Below, one piece after another: positions 1 through 21,962 of a stretch of 64,000 bases of DNA (the first letter of the stretch is position 1; every line of letters begins with the position of its first letter). Position numbers and translations under genes: made by a program. The stretch spans positions 16,357,010-16,421,009 of the forward strand of contig CM119269.1 in assembly GCA_051294375.1 (NCBI GenBank), given 5' to 3'. Source of the stretch: Paraspadella gotoi. Lineage: Eukaryota > Animalia > Chaetognatha. Under the pieces are notes generated by a model, which did not search any database, was not told where the DNA came from, and saw only the letters and a program-made list of their open reading frames with translations.

Positions 1-35
1 AACATGAAAACGGAGAAAGTAAAAATAGTCTTTAC

Positions 36-90
36 CGTCCAATTCTTGATCTAATAATCCCTTTTTGCCTTTTTGCTTTAACTTGGACAT
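36..90 (-). CDS. First coding exon of an unidentified gene running off the left edge (MSKLKQKGKKGLLDQELD...)
   Basis: ATG at 90 opens a frame to a strong G|GTAAAG donor at 35. Too short to identify. Confidence 0.45.
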
Positions 91-1567
91 CGCTTTCGTA
101 AAAATTATCGTTTTCTTTTTCAATTTTTTTTATTGGTTCTTTCGTTTATTTATTTAAAAAAATATTGTATGTGTGCCAAGATTTCGACGCCAATTATTCA
201 TAGGTCGATCTATGACCAGGATAGGCGAAAGAGAGAGACGATTGTATAACGCGAAAAAAACATTCTCTTCCTCTCTTCGCGTCCGAGCGGTTCCATCGTC
301 GTTTCACTTCGCGTGACGATCCGAGTGCAGGACAAAGTTTTTTTTTTATAAATATTTTTTATTTATATTTTTATCTTTTCAGATCTGTCGGTTCGATGCC
401 CTTTTGTTCGCTCGATCCTTTTGAGCTCTTTTTGAATTTCTACGCGACTTCCCTCGAGTCTTTTTCTTCGATGATTTCTTATCTCGAAACGAGAGGGCCA
501 GCCGACTTATTTCTTGCCATTTTATTAAAAAAAGATTTATTATTTAATTTTTCTTTGGCCAAAGCCACGTCCTCCTCGGGCGGCTAATGGTTCATTATTG
601 AGTATTGAGCGAAAACAAGAGAGAACTCGACTAAAGATTTTCTTAATTTTTTTTTTCTTATTATGTCCGTGGCACGCTCTCCTTCTCTTTTTCTCTTCTC
701 TCGCCTTTTTTATCTTTTTTTTTCTCGTTTTAATAGATTTTTTAAAATGTGTTTATCTGTACAGACGTTTCCTAAAAAACATTTTAAATACAGAACATCT
801 ATATAGTTTAAAAACTTTAATCTTTCTTACTTTATATAATTTAACGATATACGAAAAAAAAAGCAATGCCTCATGCAAATGTCGTACTCGTAGCTAACGC
901 TGAAACCCGATACTAAAACAACACAGTCTCTACCGAGATTGTTTTCATTGGCGCTCGCGTGCTAATGGCCATAGACTGGTCACCTTTCGAAAGACAAAGG
1001 TCGCGCGATGAATTTTAATCAACATTCAGCTTTTTTTTTTATTCTAGTGGGGGGAGTAAATGTCGAGAAAAATAATGAATTCTTTTCGTCGACGTCACTT
1101 TGAAGGAATAATGAATATTAGAGATTTAATTTAGTCGTGGATTCAGATTTAGATTTTTAAGGCCTTCTTACCATGATTATCCTCTTCGGGAGGTGATCGC
1201 ATCTTCCAAAAGTTCCATAGGATTACGCGTTACTATTTATAGAAAATTAAATTTTTGTGTGTTATAAAAACTTCAACAAGACGTATCAATTTCGAAAAAA
1301 ACTTGAATATACGTACATTGTACAATGTATAAAAAAAGTTAACAGAGGCACAAATTTCATAAATACTTGAAGAACAGGTGTGCAAAAATAAACGTAAGGC
1401 TCGAAGTAAAAGTGGTTTTTATTTTTTTTATTCCAGCAGAGATCATTGTCAGTAAACTCGGAGCGAAAAATTGTTCTTTAGCCCCCGAATATAGAAATGT
1501 AGAAACTTTGTTCCAAAACTAAAATAGATTGTTTTCAAAAAAATCGATAATTTTTACGTCGGAATCG

Positions 1568-1708
<141 letters not shown>

Positions 1709-1960
1709 TTTCGGGTGCCAAGGCGCCATTGGTAAACAGCCTCGTTTCGGACACACAATGTACAGAGAGAAGAGGAGGCCGGGGAATTAAATGATGGGGT
1801 AGGCGGGATTTTTTAGGGGACGTAGAGAAATTGACCACTATGACCAGGGAATAGGCAATGGGGATCGTGCTCAAGCAAATAAGAATCTGGGAGAGACTGG
1901 CAATAGGAATTGAAAAATACTGGAGAAAGTCAAGCAGGGGAATGAATAAAATTGGCGGGA

Positions 1961-2128
1961 TTGACAAGCCGACAAGACCTTTGATTTGGGCTGACAAGCC
2001 GACAAGACATTTGATTTGGGCTGACAAGCCGACAAGTCATTTGATCAGGATTGGCAAGCCGACAAGACAACGGGGCTGAGAAGCCGACAAGTCATTTGAT
2101 CGGGGCTAACAATCCCAAAAGACATTTC
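1961..2128. repeat. 30-bp minisatellite, about 5-6 degenerate copies (unit ~TGACAAGCCGACAAGACATTTGATTTGGGC)
   Basis: Head-to-tail units at 1961, 1991, 2021 and 2051, with degenerate copies after. Confidence 0.9.
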
Positions 2129-2720
2129 AAATCGTGGTTTTGGCTTTTTTAGATTTTTCTTGTTATCTTTGTAAAAGAATGAGGGTGCGGACCAGAGGAA
2201 ATGTTATCAGAGTGAGCGACAGTATCCGACAGTATTTAATTCGATATAATTCTTTATCAGACTCACATATTTTAAAGTAGATAAATCGTTTGCTTTTTTT
2301 TCCAACGACACACCCAGTTTTATTACCACGACACAAAGATTATTAATACCACAAATAATTTAAATATTTAAATAAGCCCAAATAAATTGAAAAATAATTA
2401 AAACTTAGCAATTTAAGTTTTAACATGATTTCAAAATCCGGTAGTTTTCTAACTTTCTTGTCCCCTACCGATAACACTTTAAATAAAAATGCTAAAATCA
2501 TTTTAGTCAATTTCACTCTCGAATTTTCTTTCATCACTGTGTAGAAGAACATCTGCCAAGAATGTTGAAACATCCGTTGAATCTCTCTCTCGAGACGTTC
2601 TCTCACTTTATCACACTCACAATCAGAGTCACAAACAATCACGAGTTTGAAAATTCAGATTCCCAGTTTTCTTCCTCGAAGTTTCACTCAAATTTTTTTC
2701 CCTCTTCAGATTTTTGTCTC

Positions 2721-2748
2721 CATACAGTTTGATAGATCGTTGTCGTTG

Positions 2749-2830
<82 letters not shown>
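2721..2830 (+). repeat. 28-bp core CATACAGTTTGATAGATCGTTGTCGTTG followed by (TC)n; copy 1
   Basis: The exact reverse complement of the core is at 5895-5922. Confidence 0.9.
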
Positions 2831-2836
<6 letters not shown>

Positions 2837-4484
2837 TCTCATCTCATCTCTGCTCTTCTCTAATCCGCATTCTTTCACTTGTAAACAAATCTAATATTAA
2901 GGGAAAAAAATTAAACTTTTTTTCATTTAGATTTTGTTTCCTCCCAAATTTCAATTGATACGAAAACTTTTTTTCTTTCCCAATTTTTCTTCTTATCGAA
3001 AAAATAAGGAATCGTTTCTCTTTTTCTTTTTCTTTCCTTAAATTTTATCGTCGAACTAACATTTTTCTTTTCTTTTCTCAAATTTCGTTGCCAAGAAAAA
3101 AAAAGAAAGAAAGCGTAAGAAATCGCCTCTCGACAAATATTACTACGTAAGTGTCAAGTATCGATGGCCAAAGAAAATAATACGAAAAATCTCCAATCGA
3201 GATTCCGAAGGATCACTCGAAAATCTTATTATGCCAAATGAATGATGTTCGAAAGTAAGAGCAAAAAAAAAGTACATTAGTTACGTACAATTAATATTGT
3301 CTCGAGGTTATTAAACTATACTATAGTAACAATAGTCTAATGCGTTATAAGTTTCCGCCACAATTTCTCTTTAAAATCTACACAATTTTGTACGACACCG
3401 TCTCAATGCTGTATTCCTCCAACGGGAGAAATCGCTTTTTACTGTCCTTGTTATTTTTTGAATAATGAGATTTGGGCGTCAAAAAGCCGGAGACTCATTT
3501 AAAAAAAAAAATCCCTTTCGGAAACCAAATTTCATTTATAAACATGCACATAAACACCAAAGTTGAGCGACCCCTCGATCCCAAGCGCGAAACCGTTTAA
3601 AGGGAAATTAAGAGGCCAATTGAGCTGAGAAACGCGCTCAATTAAAGACAAGCGCGGCGCTAATAATAGAGAAGTTATTGCCAAAGAGTTTTTCGGGCTC
3701 TTGAAAAAAAAATAACTCAAAAAATGAATAGCCAATCCGGGAAAATATCATTTCGGAAGGAGGACCCCCCATCGGCGAGGCGGCGGGGATTTTCCCCACC
3801 CGAGTCTTATTAACCTTTAACGATCTGAAGACCAGTCCCGTTTTAAATCCTCGGACAAAGAGAGATAAATATCGCGATTACTATCAGAAAAAGTCGCCTC
3901 GTCATTCGGCGGAAAATCTCTCTGCCCGGTTCGTCGTTGTTGTTGTTGTTGTTGATGTAGTTTTGTCGGAAACAGTTCTGGGTGCTTTTAGATATTCAAT
4001 TCAAAACAATAAGTTTTTCTTCGATTTCATAAAACTAAGGACCTTTGGTTTTGACAATAGCAATTGCTCTATTCAAAAAAAAATCTCTGAGGAACGAGTT
4101 GATATATAAAGAATTCCAAAGATAATCCAATTTAATTTTTTCTTAATAGAGATGCGATGATCGCAACTCAAAAGCGAGAGTACAGTGGAAAGCTGTCTAA
4201 ACAAAACCACGGTGCAGTAATCAAGTCCGGAAATCTTCCCGGGATTCTTTAAACCTAATCTCTTTTAAAAAGTTATCGTAAATTAACCGTTTGATTAGCG
4301 TGAAGAATGTTGTAATCCTCTTAGTCTTTATTTGATAAAGCGACCACGACAAACCTGAAGGTTTAAAAGAAAAATTTTACATGTTGGATTGGATATTGTT
4401 TAAATTGGAGCGACAGAGATTAGGTGGCCGGGTGTGGCGTCACACCACAACGTCACTAGTTTCGCGTCGGAAAAGAGAAACGAG

Positions 4485-4517
<33 letters not shown>

Positions 4518-5837
4518 GGGTTTGACGAGAAAATTGTCGGCGTAAATCACAGAATTACGTCGCATTTGATTCACTTTATTTTTTATGCCAATCAAAGAGT
4601 TCCGGATGAACTAAATGTATATCAGTTCCTCGCCCAGTCACGCGAGTCTACTAGATTTTTTTTTAAAGTGATTGACAAAAACTGCCGTTGTACGTTACTA
4701 AATCTACGGTTTTAGCGACTTTAATTACTAAATATTTTTCATTAAAGATTATCTGAAACATTAACTGTTAACTGTTAAAAGAAAAAAAGAAAGTGTTTTC
4801 GATCAAAGAAGATTTTCTTTTTTTAAAATCCGATTTGAATCTACGACTGGCCTTCGCGCAGCCTCTGCGAAATCTCACCCTAAACCTCTGGGAAACTTCA
4901 ATATCTGCTCTGAGGTGCTCGATTTCTTTTTTTTTATACCCAGTGCCGTTTAAAAAAATAGTGTATTTATTGTATTGTTTAGATAAAAAAAGACAACATG
5001 TAACTCAATTAATTAATATTAATACGTTTTCTCGTGAGAATTAAAAGAGAAATTGAACGTTACATTATCAATTTATCATACAGTAAATATTACAGTAACA
5101 GTTTGGAAGTGACAGATTCATTACTCTTCAATCTTTTCGTTTGATTTTTTTTTACTCCCTGTAACAATTATATTGTTCTAAATTCGAAAAACAACCTTGA
5201 ATAGCCTCGCTAAATAAATTTCACCTCCGTTTAAGCCAAGATTTAACTTTATTTTCCAACGGCTGCACATTTTCGTTAAGACTCGCTCATTTAGTTAAAC
5301 CGTTGGCTGAGTTTTAATTGGTTCTCCGTTTTTTTTTTCGCTATTTTGGAAAGTGTTAAACTGGTTTTTTATCCAAGAAATCGTTATTTTATTTTTTTTA
5401 TTATTCCTTCTTCACTGTTTTTGAAACATTTTTAAAAACGAAGATTGTTATTTAAAGTTGTCAGATGTTTTTTTTTTTGTGGCTATCTAACAGATGGCAC
5501 GTTAAAAAAAAAAAAAAATACCAAGAAATTCGTTAAACATAAAATATTTTAAAAAAAAATAAATAAATACCTTCTGGTGTTTTTCCCCCCAAGCGCCTGC
5601 AAAGTTTACTCTTCATTCCTTTTCTAAGGTCAACCTCGAATGCTCTGGGCGGAAGCTGTGCTCTTAATATTTTTTTGTGAATTGTGAAGTCGGGGGGAAA
5701 TGCGCCACCGGACAACGTGAACCGTGTCACTCCCCCCCCCAAAAAAAAACTTGAATTAACATTCAAACTATAATAATATTTTTTATAAAAAAATTAAATC
5801 CTGACTTGAAATGTTTAATTTTTTTTTGAGGTAAAGC

Positions 5838-5838
<1 letters not shown>

Positions 5839-5896
<58 letters not shown>

Positions 5897-5930
5897 ACGA
5901 CAACGATCTATCAAACTGTATGAGAGAGAG
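5839..5930 (-). repeat. Inverted copy 2 of the 28-bp core embedded in (GA)n
   Basis: CAACGACAACGATCTATCAAACTGTATG at 5895-5922, flanked by GA repeats on both sides. Confidence 0.9.
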
Positions 5931-6642
5931 CCTATTAGACAGTTTTTAATATCTCTGAATTTTCAAATAATCCGATAATTTCAATGGAGGATTAAGTTGC
6001 CCAATGTGAGCAGGACCACGACAGATAAAAAAAAACTTTAATTCATCGTCACGCGTCACATTTTCCCATTTTTTCCACTGACTCATTTCGAATTTGGAAT
6101 CAAAAATCACAAATAAAACAAAAATAATTATTAAACAAAATTATAATTCGTGGCATAATTTCTGATTGAAATATCCGACCGTTAAAATGACGAAACTTTT
6201 TGATTTCTGTTTAAAAGAAATATCCGTTTCGTTTTCTGGCATAAATTATGCGTCTGTTAATAGGATTACCGTTTACTTTAGAGTTAAAAGGAACTATCGA
6301 GAACATCATTACTCATCCGCGTTGGATATTTTTTCTTTTTTTTCAGAACAACATTCACCCACGCCTCCATCGCCCCATTAATTTAAATCGTATTTGATCT
6401 TTAGAACTTTTTTTTTAACAAAAAACTCGAAGAAGACAAAACATAACAATGTTGCGAGAAAATCAAATGTACGTTTCTCACAGAGGCGAACTTTTAACCG
6501 CGGATAAACGAGATCAACGATTTTACTTTTTCCCACGATTCGCAGCTTTAAATATTACGTGACAAAGCCAAGAAGAAAGAATATATTTACATAACAAAAC
6601 ATTAACACATTGTAAATATAAAAAAAAACTGACAGAAAACAA

Positions 6643-12258
<5,616 letters not shown>

Positions 12259-12506
12259 ACATTTTTTTTTCATCGCGCTATTATCTCCATTATTCTTTAT
12301 TTACGTTGTGAGATGTTTTTTCATGTGGAAACGAACGCCTTGAAAACTGGCCTATGTATTCATGAGATCTTAAATTATACGTGCTTGTTCGCAAGATTTT
12401 GTATTTTATTAATGCAAAGAAAGAAAGTTTTAAAAATATATTTTTTAAAATTACCGTCAGCAAAATAGATAGGAAAAAAGTAGAAAGCGAAACATAAAAA
12501 GGAAAC

Positions 12507-12593
<87 letters not shown>

Positions 12594-12846
12594 GAGAAAG
12601 AAAGAAATAAAGAAAGAGCGGAGTAAAAGATTTGACAATATCTTAAAAACAACAAACGAAAATTTCATATCTATTTTGACAAAAAAAGATTCCATCTCGC
12701 TTAACTTTCCGGCCATAAAACGCCGTCGAAAAACAACGAGAAAAATTCACTATTAAAACGAGGCCTTTCTCCTCTCCGCCAGAATTTGTTTTTATTTTTT
12801 AAGTTTCTTTCTTTATTTCTTTTGTTTATTTGTTCAATCGGACGTC

Positions 12847-14184
<1,338 letters not shown>

Positions 14185-14517
14185 CGCGTGAGGGGTCGAT
14201 CGAGGGACCTGGCGCGGAATGGCCGCTTGGCAAAGAGATTCTGCCGTTCCACGCCGTTGTTACGTTGTTACATCGTGACGCTTGAATTGATGTCTCCGTT
14301 GATCGATTGTTCTTGAATCAATGTTCGTTCAAAGATAAAGAGAGATGAGCCAAATTAAACATCGATATGTCAAACAAAATCAGTAATACTTTCTTCTCTA
14401 GTAAGAAAAATAAATGCCCCGAGATACTACGTGTTTTGGGGATACAAGAGAAAATATATTTTCGAAGATGTATCACAATAATTACACAAACATTTAAGAG
14501 ACAATGAAAAAAAGAAC

Positions 14518-14525
14518 TATTATTA

Positions 14526-14611
<86 letters not shown>

Positions 14612-14634
14612 TATTATTTTATTATTATTATTAT
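14518..14634. repeat. (ATT)n microsatellite
   Basis: Directly visible. Confidence 0.95.
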
Positions 14635-14686
14635 TTTTGGGTTTTTTTTTTATCGGTATTTTTGCTGGCTCCTCGAAGTGGATCCT

Positions 14687-15283
14687 TTAATACATCGGCC
14701 ACTGCGCTCCCTTTTTGAGCGACTCTAGCGCCGCCCGCGCTGCTGGAGCGACGCCCTGCTCTGGCGGAGGCGGATGAGACTTTAAGTGTGGGAAGTCACG
14801 ATAGCGGGGATAGCACGCCGAGATGGGGAGTTGCTGTAGGGGAAGATAAGATTCATTTGCTTGATTCACAACTCAACTTGATATTTTTTTTTAGCCAATC
14901 AATTAAGCAATTAGTTTGTAAAATCAGCTTACATACTTACATACAAACTACACTCTCGTCACCTTTCTCTTCGCCTCGTCCTGAATGTCCTTGTGGATGG
15001 TAACGATGAGGACGACGGCTTCGACGAACTCCTTGACCGTCTTTATGACCTCCTTCAACTTGTGCAGCACCTCTTCGTCGACGCCGCCTTCGAGGAAGTT
15101 TCGCTGCTCGTCGAGCGGCACGACGACGCCCTCCGCGAGCCCGCCGTCGCCGCGGGGCAGCAGCTCCGTCTTGATGATGACGATTCGATCGTAGTCGTTG
15201 AATTCTTTCATGTTGAGGCTCAAGACTGTTAAGGATTGAAGAATAGAATAGTTTGACCATTTTCTTTTCTTTTCTTATGTTCT

Positions 15284-15347
<64 letters not shown>

Positions 15348-18300
15348 TCTCCCCACGACCTGCGAGAGAAAGATCTTTGACGACGTTGTTGAGCAGGCGT
15401 CCCCAAGGTTTCCAATCGCTCAACCGGTACATCTTGCTCTTGTGGTACAGCATCATAAGGAGACATTTCATCACCTCTTGACCCAACGGATCCGGGGACT
15501 TTTTCCAGTCCTCGTAATTGTCTCGAAAGGTCTGTGAAGATTGAAATATTGTACTATTTTTAGAATTACTAAGTCGCAATTTACTGCCTTAAAATTGACG
15601 AGCAAGTTACAACTAATTGTAATCTAACAAAGTATCGACCAACCACAAATTGTTTAAACAATCCATCAGTCTAAGTTTAATCTAACAAAGTATCGACCAA
15701 CCACAAATTGTTCAAACAATCATTCAGTCTTTTAATCCGTCAATCCGTTCATCCAACCAACCCTCAAAGTTCATCCAACCAACCCTCAAAGCCAACGCGC
15801 ATTTCCGCCGCAGCTGCTTCAATTCGAAACTCGTCTCCCAGCAGAAGAGCTGCGCCAGCAGCCGCGGGTCGATCTGCTTCTCCGGCATCCTCCGCAGCTT
15901 CTCGTAGCCTGTCCGCTTGTACAGCAGGGTGTAGCTATGCTGCAGAACCTCGCGGAAGTGCATCGCCTCCTCCAACACCCTCTGCTTATCGAGATTGCTG
16001 CTTTGCGAGAATTCGGCTCGAAGAGTGATCTGCATGAGGTAAGCGGTGACCATTTCGTCGGAGCGCACGGGGATGCAGACCTGTTGTGGTAATAGTTTAT
16101 GGAATCACAAGAAATTTCTCTTTTTTCACTTTTTCTCACCGATCACGCTTCCCCGCCCCCATTCACACTCCGAGTTTGAAAAAAGACATCCCTAAATGGA
16201 TAACTTATTAATTAAGTAATTAATTAATTAATTTCAAAATAAGTTATCCATTTAATTAATTAATTAATTTTTTTATTTATTTATTTATATATATTTATTA
16301 TTTATTAATTGATTCATTTAATTATTTATTTATTTATAAATCTATTTAATTCGCTCATTAATTCATTTAGTCAATCTTTTATTGACTGATTCATTTTTTA
16401 TTTCATTTATTCAAGTTTTTATTCATCGAAAATTTCAATGATAATTTTGATTTTGATAATTTTGATAATTTGATTTCATTGATAATTTTAATCATTTCAC
16501 CAATCATTTATTCATTTTTTAAAACTCTCGCTCTTTATGTTTAATTCTATCCCTCAACCCGCTAACTTCGATTAGCCCGTGATTGACGTGCTCCAGCGGC
16601 AAGGACGAGAAGGCGCAGGCGAAGAGTCGCTCATCCAGCACGCTCTCCGTCCGCTCCAGCAGCTTGGGCTCCTCGTAGTAAGTCGCTCTGACCTTCATCT
16701 GATTCTTGTCGCTCTGCATCCGCAGGATCTCGTAGAGTTGAGCGTCGTGATCGTAGAGACGCTGCTCGAACTGCCAGCTCACCTGGAGCAGAAGCCGCGA
16801 AGGTCTCATGTCATTGTTAGTTTAGTTCTTATAGAATAAAAAATTTAAACTTGTCGAGTTTTAAAAAGTTGTAAAAAAAGAAAAAAAAGAAAAAGAAAAG
16901 AAAAGAAAAGGTAAGGTCTAAATTTTAAGTAGCCGATTAATTTGTGAATTATCCGAAAAGAAAATTAGGTTTTCTCTCCGTTCCACCCCTTCTCCCACCT
17001 TGAACACCCTCGCCCTCAGCAGCGACGTCTTCTCGCTCTTCCCGCGCAGCATGTGAACGGCAGCTTCGGTGACGAGGAGAAAGTCTTCGGTGACCATGGC
17101 CTCCTTGAAGGCGGGCACGGCCATGTGGCACACGTTCTTATAGAAGTGAACCTCGTCCTCGGTGAACTCGACTTCGGGCGTCCGCGGATCGTGAAGAGTG
17201 TCCACGGACAGCATCCCCATCAGGTCGCGGTAGCGGTTAAACAGCGGCGTCACTGCCTGCTTGGCCTCCTGCACGTTGCCCTTGGGATGCTCGGCCCGCA
17301 TCCTTCCGACGATAGGCTTCCCGTCCTCCAGATCCCTCAACATGCTGTCGTAGTGGGCGTGGACGAGATCTTCCACTTCGTCTTCATCCTCTTCCTCCTC
17401 CTCGTGCGGCTTGTCCGGGGTCGTCGAGTAGGCGACTCGGATCAAGGGGCTGAAGAAGTCTTTGCCGTCGGGGCCTTCGGTCGAAGTGGCCACGCCCAAG
17501 TTGAGGGTGTAAATGTGAACGCGGACGTTTTTGTTGTCCCCGTGGTGGACGTTATCGTTTCTGGATGAGGAATTGAGGGGTTAAGAATATGTGAAAAATA
17601 GGTTGGCAAAAATGTGGTCCATTCTCTCCTTGATGTGATAGGAGGTAAAGACGTAAAAAAATTACGTCAAAAGAATTAAACTTGTTTGGTCGATACACTT
17701 GAAAATATGTTGCCAGATCTAATTTCGTTTTATCTGATGAGGAGAGCTATAACTGATGAATCAACGGAATTGACCTCTATACGGACCTTGTCGGCCTTGT
17801 AATGTGATTGCTCGTCGTCTTCACGAATCATCAGAAAGCTGACCAATCACAGACCTTGTTTCAACCTTATACCGACCAATGACCGACAGAGAGACTCAGG
17901 GGTCAACGGCCGAGATTGCCGAGGGATCACGAGGCACTCTGCTCAACCTCCAAACACAAGAAACAACTCTTCTTCAAATAATGTTTGAATTATCAATTAA
18001 TAGTCATCACCATTGTCGTAACCTTTGTCATCGTGTCGTCATTACCTTTGTCATCGCCTTAATCATTGTCCGTCATTAATAAAACTATTGTCAACCAATT
18101 ATTTGCCTTCACTTATTAATTACCCTCGTTATTTGACTAAACGTCAACGATATAGCTGAAAAATTTCAACTGTTCATATTCCTTCAAACCATACCCTTCA
18201 TACTCGTCCGCCCTGAGACCACCTGATAGCTTTGAATATGGCGTTAAAGACTCTGGTCTTTGATCCGCTGAAGCCACACCGCTCGATCTCTTCCAACCAC

Positions 18301-21300
18301 TCTGCCCGCAGCTTCTCCTTCTCCGTCTGCTCCGGCATCAGGGAGACGATCTCCTTCATCATGAAGGTGATCAACTCCTGGTAGAGTCGGGGGTGTTGGT
18401 CTCCTCCCCAGTGGAACAGCACTCGCATGAAGCAGCAAAAGTCGCGAGACCGGAAGTCGTTAACCTTTTAGTACGGAGAGGTTGACGTGGGGGAGAGTTC
18501 GTCGGTTTTATTTGAAATTTAATGTGACCTTTTACTTTTGGCAACGGAAAGATTATTCATTCAAAAAATTACACTCGTAGGACTTTTGCGAAATAGAAAT
18601 ATTTATATTAAAATTTCGTGCTATATACATGACTTTACTTTGAGAAGATCACGTGACTACAAAGCTGTAAAATATATTATTTGGTGTTAACAATTTAAAA
18701 TGCCCAAAACGCGTCTCACCTCTTCACCCAGAATTAAAAGAAATATACCAGAATTAAGTTAGAATTAATTAATTAATTAATTAAAAATAAATAACGACGA
18801 GTTCTTGTATAATGAAAACCCAACACTCAAAATTAAACAAGAATTTTGATCCAAAATTGAAAATGTACATGTTAGAGGGTGATTATTGGGGGCACAAGAG
18901 AACGGGGACGCCAACTAGATTAGGACTCACACTCGAACACGTACTTTCTATGATAATAAACACGATGCTCACAGAACTGAAAGGGAACAAGTAATGAATG
19001 AACAGTGAATATCAATGAATATAAATAAGAATATCACATGTCGGAAAGTTCAGAGTCTTGGGAGATTCCTCTTCACGATTCCGTCTCCATCATATATATT
19101 ACAATGTACAATTGTACATCCCTACAACGGACCTTCCACCACTCGACGTTCTTGACGGCCAATCTCGTTCTGCTGTTGCTGGAGAGGAAAGGGTCGTCGT
19201 GGTTGTAATAGTCGAATTCGTCGTAGACGAGATCCCTGGCGCTGCTGGAGTCGCTGACGACCTCTTCCTTCCTCGCGTCGTCGCCCAAATCTAAATCCTC
19301 CTCTCCCTCTCCTTCTCCCTCCAGCTCTTCCTCTATTTCTTCCTCCTCTTCTTCCCCTTCGTATTCGTCGGAAAACTCCGCCGCTCTCCTCGCCCGCTCC
19401 TCTTCTCTCGCGATCCGCTCCCGTTCCTCCTCCGCCCTTCGCTCCTCCTCTAACCTCCGTCGCTCCTCCTCCTCTCTCGCTTCCTCCTCCTTCCTCAGTT
19501 TCTCTTCCTCTTCCTCGCGTATCTTCTTCCTCTCCGCCTCCTCCGCCTCGAATTTTGTCACCTCCTTTGTGACCTTGCGAGAAAAAAAATTAAATTAATG
19601 AAAATAAATAAATTTAAAAATTAAAATTGAAATAAATTGAGATAATTGAAACAAAATGAAAATCAAAATAAAATAGTCGATTTGATTTAAATAGATTTGG
19701 TTAAACTATCGTTAACGATAAAAATGTCAAGTTGACAAGTTAAATAATTTGTATCGACTAAATTGAAGAAAACATCAAGAGAGAAAAAAAGAGAGAACAT
19801 TTTCATAAATCTCCTTATTGATACCCCCCCCCAAAAAAAAAAGAAAACCCTTATAGACGCACCTCCAACCGCCGCACCTGCTCGTAAACGGTTTCGGCGA
19901 TAAGCCTCTCTCCCCTCAGAAAGGCGATCATGCCCTTCTTAGCGAGCGGATTGGCGATGCCTTCGACGAGCAGGAATTTCTCGATCATCTCGCGAATCTC
20001 CGTTTGAGGGAGTCGACCGCGGTTTCCAGTCAGGTAGTCCCACTGACGGAAGATCAAAAAGAGCAGCTTTCCCTGCGCCGTGCCGCGGAGGAGCTCGCTA
20101 GAAGACGGAGAGGATCGCGAGGTAAAGTTGGTTTATAAATCTTATTTGCATATTGAAGTGTTTTTTTTATTTGAAGGCAACAATACGATTTTTATTATCG
20201 TTGTTAAAAACATTTTTACGTCTCTCCACAGTAAACTCTTTAGATTTACCTAGCTTAACATTTTGTGCGCCCACGAACTTCACTGTCATATTTGTCACAA
20301 TCAAACAGCCAAAGTCAGTCAATCACATTAGTCGATTATAGTTTCCGCTTTAATTAAAAACACCAGAATCCCAGCGGCAAATTACTGTGGATTAAAATCT
20401 CGTGAGCGATGGCATATTTTGACTCAGCGTAAAGTGGTTGTAACTTGTAAGACTTTGGGAGAAATTGAGTGTTAATTTAGATATTAAGATAGTTGATAAC
20501 CGAGAAATGAGCTTAGGTTTAATGGGACAAGGGGCGGTTGACAGAACTATGTTCTTGAACGTTATATTTTATAGTTTTGTATGAATTAGTTCATAACATT
20601 AATAAAAATTAAATAAAATATTATATCTCTATCAGTGTAGCTTTTATTTTACAGTGTTCCAGTATTTTACGCGGTTATTGATACCGTGACCGATACCGTT
20701 CCAGTCTTTTTACGTTGTTGTTGATACCGTTACTGTTATTGTATTCAATTGTGTTAATATCGTTTTCGAAATTAAGAAAAAAATTTAAAAATCTTAGGCT
20801 ATCGCTAATGCACTTTTAAAATTGTTCTAGTTTTAAAAAATATGCACTTTGTGTTTAAGTAATGCCTCTTTACATTTAATATTTAATTATGACTTCATAT
20901 CGCTTCTCACCTCAATTGATCGGTGTGCTGCTTGTTCGTCTCGCTCTGCTTGTAAAAATTCTCCAAAAAGATGACGAGGCGTTCGAAGGCAAAGGTGGGT
21001 CGACCTTCCTCGTCGACGACGTCGAGATCGAGCATCTCCACGACGCTGACGAACTGCGTCCGATCGAGAATGCCCGCCGTGAAGAACGCGGCCACTCCCA
21101 CCTGGCGGTCCGTCTCCGGATCGACGAAAAGAGGGCGTGTCTTGACGTAGCGCTCGAATCCCGACCGACGCGTGGCGGGAATTACGAGGGCGGTGTCGGG
21201 TAGCGGCGTAGGCAAAGGGGCGGTGGGAGAAGCGACGGGTGGACTGCCGGCGGGGGAAGGAACAGTCGCTTGGGTTGCCGGCGTCGTCGGCGGACGCGGC

Positions 21301-21878
21301 GTCCCCGGCGTCGTCGGAAGACCCGGCGAAGCAGGCGACCCCTTTTGCGCAGCCGCCAGCGCCGCAGCCAAAGCCTGAGCAGGAGTCTCAACCCTCGTCC
21401 TCTCTTCGCGACCGGCGTAGGGATCGTCGTATTTCTCTTCCTCCACCTTTACAGTTTACAATAATATCATGATATATTGTGACTATTGAGAATCATTATT
21501 ATTTACAATCAAGATTAAAACATCTGGCTTTTTTATTTCCTAAATAATTATCGATATGAACGTGCAAAGAACTCAAACAAAAGGCTAAAAAAAAAAACAA
21601 AAAAAAACCAAGAACCGGAAAGAAACAAAAGAGACGCGTTTTGAGGGTCTCACCCCGTCCGGCTTTTGATCCTCCTCTCCGTAGTTGATGTAGGCCATTC
21701 GTCTCCGCAGAGAAAGGACGTTGGACCCGAACTGCGTCCCGGGCACGATGCGCTTGGTGACGCCAGCGACGGGCAGGCGCGGGCGAGGATTGTCCGTGTA
21801 GTCGGGCTCAGAAGCCTGGAGAGGAGTGGGCGGGATATGGAGAGTGAGAAGTAGGCAGAGAAAAGGAAAATAAAAATA

Positions 21879-21962
<84 letters not shown>

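Noticed and set aside
1961-2128. 30-bp repeats as a CRISPR array
   Set aside because: The units are head-to-tail with no unique spacers, there are no cas genes, and the context is eukaryotic. This is a minisatellite.
15619-15720. 58-bp tandem duplication in an intron (similar 31-bp duplication at 30940-30998)
   Set aside because: Ordinary local duplications with no further structure.
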